A stretch of 63,855 nucleotides of DNA, filler included, from Octopus bimaculoides (lineage: Eukaryota): assembly GCF_001194135.2 (NCBI RefSeq). It is 5 parts of 4 records of this genome, joined end to end, with 100 filler letters (N's around TTAATTAATTAA, not from the genome) between each part and the next. Parts side by side here need not be neighbours in the genome. Positions count along the whole stretch, not along the records: positions 1 to 27,531 come from NC_068983.1; 4 more parts are not named here. One strand, given 5' to 3'. The notes beneath the pieces were generated by a model. The model was given only the letters and a program-made list of their open reading frames with translations. It was not told the DNA's origin and made no database searches. The position numbers and the translations under genes were made by a program. Below are positions 11,301-24,065 of this stretch, in pieces (position 1 is the stretch's first letter; every line of letters begins with the position of its first letter).

Positions 11301-14300
11301 CAGTGGAAGTAATAATTGAAAGAACAGCGATGGTATGAACAAAACTGGCAACTGCAACAGCGACAAAAGTTTCGAATCTCATCTTCATTCATCATATATT
11401 TTAATATAAACTTCTAACCAACATAAATAGTTGCGCAATATTGTTGAAAGAAGTGAACGGAATATTTTGAATTTAATTAGCAAGCAGCTTTTAAGGGTTT
11501 ATCATTTTAATTATATTGGTGTACTTGGCACGGTTTACGAACATCATATATTTCTGAGTCTTCGTCAATATAGAAAACATCTTATTAACGTTATTCTGGG
11601 TAACCCATTCAAATTATGTATAGTCGAGCGCATTATACTAATGAATGATATTATTTGACGTCTAGTAGCATTCATTTTCTGTAACACTTTCTTTGCCTAC
11701 GTAATACCAAATTATTGTTTAAAATTTTCAATATACTTAAAAATAACAAATTCCAAGCAGAAAAGAAAATCCTTCAAAAGTCGTTCATAATAATCTATCA
11801 AATCTCCCAATATTAAATATTGAATTAACTATGGCTACAAAATGACATATTTTTCGTTTTCCGTGTTGAAGTCATATCGATTTTCTATAAATAAATCAAT
11901 TTAGGTTTTCCTGAGTCAATTTTTCTCTAGCTGTAAAATAAATCACCAACCATAATTTAATAAATTTTCGGCGAAATTCGCATACATTGAAGTGTCACAT
12001 CTTCATTACCACGTAAAGATTCAAATCTAAATTTATATATTTAGAAGAAAGGGTGGAGCTTAGGGTTCCATTGGCGATTATGCAGTTAAATTAAACGATG
12101 CACGCATTCACTTCTGCTATTTTCCACTATATTTCTTTGCTAGAGGAAACGTGAACTGCTCGGCTAAACTCTCGTACACTTGTAACGCAAATGTACTTAA
12201 ACAACAGAGACAATGCATTTGAACGCTCATAAATTACATGCATTATATAAAATTAGCAACGTACAATTATGCCTGTAATGTAAAATTATGTATCGATACA
12301 TGGAGGGCGAATTGTCTCTTTTCTGAATTGGTGATGTGGAAAAAAAGACACGATCATTTAACTATCACATGGGAGGTTTATTTTTCATTTTAACTGAATG
12401 TTTTTCAGTAGTTTCTGGAGATGCCTGCTTTCCAAAATTTATTTTAAAGGTTTTTACAAGTGGAGATCAACTTTTTTATGTGACCAAAGTCAAAATATAA
12501 CTAAGGTATGTAATAAGAGATTATGAATAAAGCACTCCCTAAATATCTAGATAAGCATGAATAACAAATCATAAAAAGAAAATGGCTTCCCACACCGCAG
12601 CAAAAACGTCAATATCCGATATCATTAAAGTATTTCGAGCGTGAGAATGATCATTGTATTACTTTTATCATTTGATTTCACAGCTAATAGATTTTATTCG
12701 GTACCATCAGTTGAAATCAGGATGTAACCATTCTTTACAATTATTGCTCACACACTCACACACATGCTCACATACACGCGCGTGCGTATGTTGATTGGTG
12801 TATTTTACTTAGCCATAGCAGTAGACATACATATTTGTTGAAACTCAACTTCGATAGAATGTTTTGTAATTTCATTTTAAACTACATCTGGTGTTCAGTT
12901 GGCAGAATGGTTAGCAGCATGTCACCTATTTTTAGGTTGACGTTGCCCTTCATCTCATCGAGGTTGATGATTTTAAGCATTGCCCTTATAGTGGAAAGTA
13001 TTATCTGAACTTACTGAAGTTTAACTCAACTTTTATTACAATTAAACATTAGTAATACAATTAAATATAAGCTATTTCCGTATACTGATCACAAAATAGT
13101 GCGATTGTTTTGCAAGTATTGTCTTATTATCTGGTATACAAATATTGGCAATTTAAAATCGTTTTAATATTTACTCTGCTCTAAGATGATATCAAAGCAT
13201 ATCCATTTGGCTTGATAGGGTGGTAAAATCAATCATCTATATGTATATATGCTGGTGTATTGTAACATCTGTCAGCAGTATTCGACAACTGAAAAGCATA
13301 GGTCACTTTGAGTTGAGTTGTTAAATTCTCTATCGAGAAACAGGTAATCAAAGAATCACATTTTATTCTTGAGTTTGGGAATAAATTATTTCGAAGTATC
13401 GTTATAAATATTAAAGCATAGTTGAAGAGTTATTTGATGCTTACCTAAAAGTTATCGTGTTTTACGCTTGATTGATATTAAATATCGAGAAGTCACATAA
13501 GCCTCATGTACTGGATAGAAATATGATACCACATAGGTTTTATGTGAAGTGATGCTTCAGTATAAAATAATATAGAGATATCATGTATTTAAATATATTG
13601 CGTGCATCAAGTAAACGAAAGCATTAGGTCAGTCATCTCGAGATCGATACGGCTACGTTTCAGAGAATTTCTATTATTTTAAACTGACATTTGTATTGTC
13701 AAAAACAAAATGGTTGTAGTTTTGCGTGATGCCCTAGAACAATACACGTTTCATTATTGTTCTTCGGACATATGTTATTGGTATTTTAATAAACTGTATT
13801 TGAACTTTAGTCTTACATTCACGTTTCATGTTTTTTCCACGAAACGAATATTTAAGCAATATAGGTGCTCCATTCCAACATATATACTAACATTTCACCT
13901 ACTGGATAGTTCTGCGATTATAGTAGCATACACAGAACAGACAGTAATATATATTAGAAAGAGGACAGGTAATAAATAATCCTACTTTATGAAGAGAAAA
14001 TAAATATAATTGCTTAGTAAAATACTTCGTCGTTATATTTATTTCACTCAAACACTTAGAATTATACATGAATATGAAAGTATCTATTGTATTCGGAATT
14101 TATGCACACACACATTCATACACATACACACACTCACACACACTCACACATACATATGTAAATATATATATGTGTGTGTGTGTGCGTGCTCGGGCGCGGG
14201 TGTGTGTGCACGCGCACGCGTGTGTGTGCATATATCACTCTACTTAAGCATCAGGAACAATGATTAAAAAAAGAAATATTCTCCCTGCGCTTATACAAAA

Positions 14301-14883
14301 CATATTATTATAAAACTCTAGATATGAATACAATAATGATTATCGTCTAGTGTAACAAGACGGACAATTTGAAGATTTATTTGTAGAGCCAATGCTAAGT
14401 GGACTGCCACAACCGCCATTATGTACAATTTGCAAAGTAATAGTGATAAAACGGGGTAAGATAATATTTCAAAACTGTTGCGATTAAATTCTTACACGTC
14501 ATATTTGATGACTCGTTTCCACTAACATCATAAATTCGTAAGCTTTATGAGCATTGGATATATGAATATCGAAATTGTTAATACTACCTTTTTTTTAGAG
14601 TCTGAATAGTGTATTTGTGTGGGGAATATATGAATAAGCTTATGAATAATTTAGATAAATTTATCGAACATTGAAACATTTGATGTATTTAATAAAATAA
14701 GTAATAAACGTTAACACTTTGGAAGTAATTGTGTTGCATCAAGGACGAAATAAAATTGCTTAGATTTTCTAGGAAAAATGTACACATGGATAGAAAGAAC
14801 ATTAAGTGAAATGTTGCTTTATATATTCTCGTATTTACTGAGAGGGTTGAAAAGAGTGGAAAGAGAATAAGAACGAAGGAACA

Positions 14884-15000
14884 TGAGAGGCAGGACAAAC
14901 TTGACGAAGACAGAGCAACGGATATATTGTATGGCGCTTAAAGAAATTGCTAAACATCTGCTGCGTGAATACGCACTCGTCGTCAGGTATCTTGTTTTTA
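14884..15000 (+). mobile_element. Possible Tc1/Tc3-like N-terminal HTH remnant
   Basis: MRGRTNLTKTEQRIYCMALKEIAKHLLREYALVVRYL loosely resembles Tc3-like N-termini. Confidence 0.25.
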
Positions 15001-17963
15001 GAGGTGTTATTTCAATATAGTCTCAGTAGATGTTACAGTAAACACACATAGACATCTCACTCAAATTCAATTATTTTAATGATGTAGATATCTATTTCAA
15101 ATCGTAATTAGTAGAAATATTTTCCAACACCCGATCTTTCATGCAATGAACACAATATCATTCAGTAAACAATGGCTCCAGGGTCACAAACAGATTTTAG
15201 AGAATAGAGTGAAATCAATTTAGAAAATTCAGTCTATTAAATGTCAACACCGATTCAAGCACAAAATAGACTTGAACATCTATTTCTTTCAGAAAATATG
15301 CAAACAGGGAATAAAGTATTTTTGAACATTCCACATATTTCCTCTATAAAATCTTGTGCATTCATGTTGCATCAAAACACAATAACCTGCATTTCTAATT
15401 AATATTCATATTCTGCATAAAGGAATATCTTTAGACAACTATCCGATAAATTGCTGAAGTAATACAAAGATATGGTCATATAATTATCAGAATATTCTAT
15501 TTAAAGAATGGTACCTTGCATTATATTATAGATAGCACCTACCCTCAATACAGGCGGTAATAATTCATTTGCGGCAACACCTTTGTTTTCTAACGTCTTT
15601 AACGGTAAATCAATTCTCAATTAACTACCATACGTATATACCCGTAACACTAACTTAAAAAGAGGAGGAAAAGAAGCCTTTTTTAAAGAGGTACTTTGTA
15701 TAATCATTTGCAGAACGTATAGTTTCCTTGAAAATTTGCCTCATTTCACTGGATTATAGATTTGAATAACGACTTTAATAGGGAGCGATGGCGGCAACTT
15801 GTTTGTTTCTCGGTGCCGATAGATTACGTTATCTCTCATGTTATATGGTTGAGGATATTGACTATCAACCGGTTTTCAACGTTAACAGCTATCTCTGCCG
15901 AGGTCGATTTTGGCTATCATATTTCGGGATCAATACGAAAAATATCAGTAGATCAATGGGGTCAATGTAACCGTCTTAACCATCTTCCCTGTGCCAAAAT
16001 AATTTGAAACCAATATTACTAGCTATCAGCCTAAAACGGAAACAAGGATTTTTAGTATGTCGCATAAAATGCTAGCAGAATATTTGTCGGTTATGAAAAT
16101 TCTCAATCCAAATCTCGCAGAAATCATATTTCTTCGCATTTCATACACGGGTTCATAAATGGGTTAGCATCTAACACAACTGAATTTGATGTCCTCAATA
16201 TCACTTTCTGGAAAGTGACCTTGAAACAGATATCTAGACTAATTCCATCTCGATGTCATCAATGAATGTTTTCACGTACGTAGTAGTCTTCAAGCCTATC
16301 ATTTTGTTTGCCATGGAATTTAAATCTTCCTATCCGTTTCAGTTGGAAAATTGTACAAAATCTTCCATTACTTCGACTCAAGTACTCTATAAACCTGATG
16401 GTTATTATAGGAACTTCCAGCTTCAAGCCCTCATTTCTGATAAATCGTGTTATCTAAGTGAATGCAATAAAGACTAATCTCAATATCCTGTTCCAAATTT
16501 GAAATATAATTAAAATAATGTTTGAATATTTGTACGTTGCACTTCGTATTTATGTAGCTAATGTAAACACCTATACATTACCAGTTCAACATCTCAAAAT
16601 TAGCAAACAATAGAGTTCTTCTTTAGTTTAACTCAATGCAAGAAAATAATACAAAAACAAAATTGCAGAAATGGAATAATGTTACTAAGATATTTTCAGT
16701 GAAATGATTTGCTCTGTGGTATGAATAATAAATGTCTCCTCAAAATTTCCAGACAATCCTCTATCACAACGCTGGACTTTAGTTAAATTTCTGCAAAATC
16801 GCTGAGAATTTCTTCTAACTTGTAAACATAGCCAGATCTACATTACAACGACCATGCCACCAATTTAACCTATACATCTTTCAACTCACGACACCATTAT
16901 CTCAGGTATACGTAATTTCCATACCAATGCTTAAAAAAGACATTAATACTTCTATCTTTACTTCTGGCACTTTTCCTTTGAAACTTCTCAGAAGTAATAG
17001 TTTATTTTTCTGCAACCAAACTCGCTGAATTGCGTTAGAACTTCACTGTCAATCCTAATCTCGGTAAAATATACAGTCTTAATGCATCATTTGTAAGCGC
17101 TATATAATTTCTCTATGTGTTTATTCAAATGATTTGTAACTTCATACATAGTCATATAGCTTTTATTGCTATAATTCCTATTTACCAGTGCTTAAAAATA
17201 ACTAAAGAAAGCAATTTACAATTAAGTAATAGTAATAATGAGTTGAAGACAGTTATTTAGTGAGTTATTTCTATTATGAATGTCTGCATTTTATTTCTTT
17301 TTGCTATTACGATCAACAAATTATCGTTTTTATACATTTTTTTGTGATAAAGAGCAAAATGGAGTCTATATTTAGCGTTGCGATATAATGATGACTTAAT
17401 ACACTGATATTTTCTTCAATGAGAATCCGGTTGATAATATCTAAACATTTTGTGTGTAAACTTCTTTCTGAACCATTAACTTTTGTGTATTCATGCCTAC
17501 TCCTTGGAAATAAAATAGAAATATCAATAAGCACTCTCTATCTATGTCACTCCTCTACAGTACATTAATATAAAATGATATTATATATTGATCTGGTTTG
17601 ATTGTTTCTACACATTCATTCAGTATAGAAATGAAATTTTGCATTCTCTTCTTTGTTTGGCTGCAGGACATGCGTATTTCGACATGATATTTTCCACTAG
17701 AAATTCCCATGGTATTCTGTCGTATTTTCTTTTAAATATATTGTTATAGAGAAAATATTTCACTATAAGTTCTTAGACGAACAACTCTGTACATTAATAT
17801 TCTCGTGCTTTCGGATGTCATTTGCAAGGAAATTAGTACCTACAAGTGATGTCGTATACTACCAGGAATGAATCAAGCCGCACTGCAATTATTATATGTA
17901 ATACGGTTACTTGCCTTACCGGCTTAAATGTCATCATTAAATTTGTTAGAAGTAGCAGCAACA

Positions 17964-18017
<54 letters not shown>

Positions 18018-19837
18018 NNNNNNNNNNNNNNNNNNNNNNNNNNNNNNNNNNNNNNNNNNNNNNNNNNNNNNNNNNNNNNNNNNNNNNNNNNNNNNNNNNN
18101 NNNNNNNNNNNNNNNNNNNNNNNNNNNNNNNNNNNNNNNNNNNNNNNNNNNNNNNNNNNNNNNNNNNNNNNNNNNNNNNNNNNNNNNNNNNNNNNNNNNN
18201 NNNNNNNNNNNNNNNNNNNNNNNNNNNNNNNNNNNNNNNNNNNNNNNNNNNNNNNNNNNNNNNNNNNNNNNNNNNNNNNNNNNNNNNNNNNNNNNNNNNN
18301 NNNNNNNNNNNNNNNNNNNNNNNNNNNNNNNNNNNNNNNNNNNNNNNNNNNNNNNNNNNNNNNNNNNNNNNNNNNNNNNNNNNNNNNNNNNNNNNNNNNN
18401 NNNNNNNNNNNNNNNNNNNNNNNNNNNNNNNNNNNNNNNNNNNNNNNNNNNNNNNNNNNNNNNNNNNNNNNNNNNNNNNNNNNNNNNNNNNNNNNNNNNN
18501 NNNNNNNNNNNNNNNNNNNNNNNNNNNNNNNNNNNNNNNNNNNNNNNNNNNNNNNNNNNNNNATATATATATATATATATATATATATACGGTGAATCAA
18601 AGCCTTATAAGATATCAATATATTTCAAGTGGATGAAATAAACTTTTACTTTAGAAGAGAAGTGATTAATTGAAGCAACAAAAATATAAAAAAAGTATAT
18701 TATGCTATCATTTATACGTTTCATATTTCATAATTAGTTGGATTTCACAGAATTTGTTAAATATAAATACTGCGTTTCTTACTGCTCTCAAGTAACTTTA
18801 TCCACCTCTCATCCACGCTCTTTCACCATTGCGTTGATAAGGAAAGAGTCAGGTATTACTTGCTGTAATACATACAAAATGTGATCCAGTATTTAGTTAC
18901 CTCCCTTCCACATCCGATTTCAAATTCCATCAAGTATATTCTATAACAGTAATGTAGCGAGGCACTTTAATCTGTTTTAATCCTTCATCAGATTTGTTGG
19001 CATGTACCAGTGATATGAATCAATATTATATATAATGTATTGAGACATTTTATCCGAAGCTATTTTACTCAGTTGGGGCAATAAGAAAGATATCACGTGA
19101 TCTATTATTACTATATGTTGTACATAGTTTGGTGAATTTAATGAGGCGGGTCGAACTCAGGGCAACATGGTAGAGAAATAATACTAATTCGATTTTAAGT
19201 TTCTTCTAAACGAAAAATATCGATGAGCTTCGTTAACCGTTTGAGATGGTTCTAACACTTAAGTTAGTACATGATTATTACATGCTTATGTTCACTTAAT
19301 GATTTCTTAACGTTCTCCAATATCTTTAAGTTACAATATCATATAAATTCTGTTACAGAAGGTGTAGAATCAATGCAAGCGTATTTAACAAACGTTTTTT
19401 CAGATTTAAACAGTTGTACTTTTAACTATGATCTAATCCAATCTAACGTATGAAATATGATGACAAAAATATATCGTTTAATAATGATAACACTTAATGC
19501 AGTATAGCTCATAGTGAAAAATCTGCAAATATCTAACTAAATGGCCCCTGCAAGCAATCGATATCTTACGTCGGGAAACTTGCATGCTGCTTATTTGAAA
19601 TGTCAGAACAGAAAGAGACAGAACAAGAAAATTTAATATCTAAATCTGCATCTATGCATATGTTTTTATCTTAAACGAACTATGTGGCGACATTACACAT
19701 GACTCTCTAACCTACGTTATATGGATTATTCTTTACGACTATTTTTTTTGACGTAAGAACATGTTTAAAATACAGTTCTATATTTAAGAGATGAGGAATT
19801 ATTTACATTTGACGGACATTCGTCCTCATCTTGTTTG

Positions 19838-19886
19838 TTGTTAAGACAACGTTTCGGCTGATATACCCCCCAGCCTTTGTCAGGTG
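19838..19886 (-). ncRNA. Mutated hammerhead in inverted pLTR
   Basis: Minus strand reads cacCUGACAAaggcugggggguauaucagccGAAACGUUgucuu. The core G8 is mutated to A. Confidence 0.45.
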
Positions 19887-20143
19887 ATATCGATAAATCG
19901 GGTATAGCTGATCATGTATGGAAAAATGGAAACCACCTCCCCCTGTGGGATGAAGTTAAAATAATAGACAGGGAACAACACTGGAAAATACGAAAACTAA
20001 AAGAAGCAGCACATATGCTAGGACACAACAACCTCCTAAGCAGACCGAGTGCAGATATGAATAGCATATGGGAACCGGTATTGAGGAAGGATAGAAAAAT
20101 AATAGATTTATAAGCCTTAAAATTCACCCCAAAATTGCCCACG

Positions 20144-20216
20144 GGCATATGGCGTAGTGGTTAAGAGCACGGGCTACTAACCCCAAGGTTCCGAGTTCGA
20201 TTCACGGCAGCGACCT
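20144..20216 (+). promoter_or_regulatory. tRNA-like Pol III module within the PLE terminal repeat (second copy)
   Basis: tggcgtagtggttaagagc..ctactaa..gagttcgattca, at the same position relative to the ORF end as 703-775. Confidence 0.7.
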
Positions 20217-20231
20217 GATTAATTTCCCCAA

Positions 20232-20277
20232 GACACCTGACGAAGGCTGGAGGGTATATAAGCCGAAACGTTGTGTT
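20232..20277 (+). ncRNA. Minimal type I hammerhead ribozyme
   Basis: Stem I GACAC/GUGUU, CUGACGA at 20237-20243, stem II GGCU/AGCC, GAAAC-GUU with palindromic ACGU. Predicted cleavage after 20272. Confidence 0.75.
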
Positions 20278-20589
20278 AACAACAAACAAGATGAGGACGA
20301 ATATCCGTCAAATGTAAATAATGTATGTTTAAAATAGTTTTAAAATAGCATGATGTGCTAAAACGTCCTTTAAAACACAGTCGAAGGCTGAACAGATGAT
20401 TATGGTTAGAGGCAACTGAGATTAACTGCAAAATTTGTGAAAATAATGAGTGTGTGTCACTCGATTTATTAGTCATATATGTGAACTTTCTGGTGTAGAG
20501 ATGCTCACACCAACATCCTTTTCTACTCTACATTTGCCCGACCCCACCTTGAATGCTGTTGCCTGCTCTGGTCTTCCCACACGATGCAA

Positions 20590-21160
20590 CTCATTATGAA
20601 ATTGGAAGCATTCTAGAGGTCAATAACAAGAAACATAGATGGCATGACAAACATTGTCTATTGCGCTCGACTAAAAACACGCAATCTCTACTCTTTCCAA
20701 CGCCGTCGTGATCGCTACATCATTTGTGTGATGCAGAAAATATTCCATCAATATTTCACAAATGATGTTGGCCTTAATTTGAAAATCCACGCAAGACTAG
20801 GTCCCCGTGGTTTCTGCCTTCTACAAAATTCGAACTCAAGATACATAACAGCATTGCGGCACAACTACTTTACCTCAACCGGTCCAGCTCTCTTTAATAT
20901 TATATCAAAACACATCAAAGCGAAAACAGATCCCATGAAATTCAAAGCTTCTCTGGACAACTCTCTCAAAGAAATCCTGGGCCAAACTTCTATACTCGGA
21001 TATGTCTCCAACAATAATAGCTCATTCCTAGACTGGCCATGGTGTTCCATATATGAGTAAAGGACTTGACCAGGTGATGCTATTAAGTTAGACATGGCCT
21101 GGGCCTATACTAGCCAAAACCTATCTACGTTATCAAAGTTATTATCAAATCTTTAGTTAA
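20590..21160 (+). mobile_element. Non-LTR retrotransposon (CR1/L2-like) 3' end
   Basis: ORF 20644-21060 ends ALRHNYFTSTGPALFNIISKHIK..FKASLDNSL..GY..NNNSSFLDW, typical of a post-RT C-terminus. It is followed by a short-repeat tail (tatcaaag/ttatc). Confidence 0.65.
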
Positions 21161-21479
21161 AATTTCCTTAACGGTGGTGCACCAGCATGACCGCAGCCAC
21201 TTGGCTGAAACACATAAATAAATAAATAAACTTTATTCAAATGCTTTCTTTGAATGATGCTGACTTTGTTTCTCTTTTCTGTACCAAGTTAGACGTAAGT
21301 CTAAATTCACTGAACAGATACATGTTATGGATATTGTCTTCCGAAGAGCCTCGTCCGTGGTGAAAATTGGACTGTTATGTAACTGAATTCTCCACTTCTG
21401 TACACGCCAAATTACAATTTAATTTCCTTGTCTATCATAAGAAAATCACCCTATAGACAAAAGACCTAAATATTTGTTG

Positions 21480-21650
21480 AAGCGAACAAGTCGGTTACAT
21501 CGGCACCAGAACTCAACTAATACTTACTTTATCGAAACCGAAAAGAAGATGGACAAAGTTATCTCGGAAAACTTAAATTCAGAACGTAAAGAAGGACGAA
21601 ATGCTGTCAAGCATTTCATGGGCTAACGATTCTGCCGGCCCACTGCCTTA
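21480..21650 (-). mobile_element. SINE family A, degenerate
   Basis: Reverse complement of the family A head and core (ctaacgattctgcc, ttctgagttcaaatt-like). Confidence 0.65.
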
Positions 21651-22334
21651 TGGAAATAAGAAAATAATAAATAGTATTGCATATTATCTCTTCACTAGGA
21701 GAAACATGTTGAAGGAAATGAAAATTTTCGTTAAGCAATAAAGACGGTTAATGAAATAAAAATATTTTCTTTAGATCAACATTTTTTTATTTATTTAAAA
21801 GCCTACTACATTATATTTATACTTTTTCCTTCACTGTTCCGTGAACGCATTTGAACAATGTATAGCAAAATCTGTTTGATCTTCCGTGACCAGACATATG
21901 CAAGGCAATCGACCGTAAAACCTTCTAATAATAAATACACTAACAAATATACAAATCAATTCTTTGCTCAAGTAAGACTTAAATTGCATCATACCTGCAC
22001 ACCAGTTACATTAAAATTATGTTGGTGTTTATAAAGAGCCTATCCTAATGGCATTCAAATGTCTTTTTGTTGTAATTTATTTTTTACATACTTGCATCGA
22101 TTTATAGTTAATACTAATATGTTATAGACTGGATGTCTTAAAACAACTAAACATAATTTAGAACATTCCTTATTGGGAAAATTGCTGTTACGATTGCAGT
22201 TGATGTTGCCTACGATACGCACATATTCATACATGCATTCACGCAGACACACAGACGCAAACGCAGACACACACGCGCATATATATGTATATACATGCAT
22301 ATATACATACATACATACGAACACACACACACAC

Positions 22335-22392
<58 letters not shown>

Positions 22393-23307
22393 TGTAATTT
22401 GAGAAAGATGCACCTATTACATTTTTTTTAAACGTGCCATTCTCTATAAAAAAGAAGTGTTACTAATATTGATGATACTACTTCCAATTCTAATATTTTG
22501 TAATATCTTTAATAATACTGTGCGAATTTTGCGTAGGGCACTGTTGTACAAAATATTACCCTATTTTAACTAATATTCCGATTCAGATAACGTTGCTTAG
22601 TACCTTTCCTCAAAATGTTTCTAAATCTCTCTGCCAAATGATATGCCAACATGTATTTATAAGTCATTATGCACCAATTCTTACAAGCGACTGACTCGAC
22701 CAATCGCTTTGGTTGTCGGGCAAAAATGATTCTGGGTTTTTTTCTTCTTTCCTATTTGAAACACCATTTCGATTCAAAATCTGGACAATAAAGTATTAGT
22801 TAAGCTGCAGCGTCGTTCATAGTCAATAGAATATTCCTCTGAGAATTTCAGAGTTTATTTTTGCATAAATCGGAAGTGAGGAACTAATATTTTGACCATT
22901 AAAGACTGGCTATAATTCATTGAAAAATTTTAAGAAAGAAACACAACTTGTTGGTGGAAAAATTAAAGCAAAAATAATCTCAAATATTATTATTTATTTC
23001 CTATCGTATAATCTTTGAAAATGGCTTTTTAATATCAAGGCTGGTATCGTGAGAAATCAAAATTCACACATTATTTTTGTGGATAGCCCATTTTTATTTA
23101 TTTATTTATTTATTTATTTTTTACAGCACTCAAACAAATAGTTTACGCAAGTTCAGTTTTTTCAATCAGTATCACTTCCAACTTCCCAGTTGGAAACATG
23201 GATGGAGAACTGTTGCATGTTACAATCCTACTTCCTATATCTCTAATAATTTGTGCATGTGCCAATTGTACATTTTCTCATCTCTATTATTTTTTATATA
23301 TACTCAA

Positions 23308-24065
23308 GATGTTCGAGAAATGATTCAGGCGAATCGATCAGTAAACGCCTATGAAGATGCATATTCTATGCAAATTAGTAACAGTTCTGCATACGAAACC
23401 ATCAGTAAAGTCTGTGTGTTGGATACCAAGGGAGCTTACCGGGGTGCCTATGCACAAACCTCCAGCAGACTGTCAACGCTTACTTGACTGATACTGCGAT
23501 AAATGCCAAGCGTTTTTGGAATGGCAAGTCATTCTGATCCATTATTTTCAGCCAGAAACTAAAGGGCAGTGTGCAGTGGAAATACTCCGAAACGCCTGCG
23601 AAAAAGAAATATTAGTCTCCACCTACCGCAGGGAACGTGATGCTCACCGATTTAGGATACTGAAACTATAGTCACCAGTATATGCTACAGGGAAATGATG
23701 GCCAACAAACGGATAATAGCGATTCACACCAAACGCCGAAGTCTATTATGAAAGTAGGTGTTATTTTTCGATGAAAATGCACGCTCAGATACAAACACCT
23801 ACATCGTTAAAAACCATTGAAGACTTGGATTTTAAGTTGTTGGAAAATCTTCTATACATCCCACATTACTCGTATTGAAATACCTTCACTTCAGGCCACT
23901 CAAACATACTTTACTTGGTTGTCAAATAGCTACAGATGAAGAAGGGCAGGAAGCGCTGTATAAGCGGTTGCACGACTACCCGGAAACATTCTTCTCCGAA
24001 GGAATAAGAAGGCTTCTGGAGTGCAGTGACAATTGCATCGAAAAGCAAAGAGACTACAGAAACAA
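23308..24065 (+). mobile_element. Decayed mariner transposase
   Basis: DVREMIQANR..QISNSSAYETI..KVC, IHYFQPETKGQC.QWK, and C-terminal HFRPLKHTLLG..TDEE..PETFFSEGIRRLLE..CIEKQRDY. Contains stops and frameshifts. Confidence 0.85.

Larger units (their letters stand above)
19788..20325 (+). mobile_element. 5'-truncated PLE family 1 insertion: inverted pLTR, EN C-terminus, pLTR
   Basis: 19800-19886 is the reverse complement of about 20233-20325. ORF DIDKSGIADHVWKNGNHLPLWDEVKIIDREQHWKIRKLKEAAH..WEPVLRK. Confidence 0.85.

Noticed and set aside
16200-17100. Possible old DNA-transposon coding remnant
   Set aside because: Only vague Tc1-like words were seen, with no motif I can support.
17833-18641. 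Long ORFs of 200-400 aa containing X runs (also 28-29 kb, 32-33 kb, 38 kb, 49 kb, 56 kb)
   Set aside because: They are open only because they cross N gaps.
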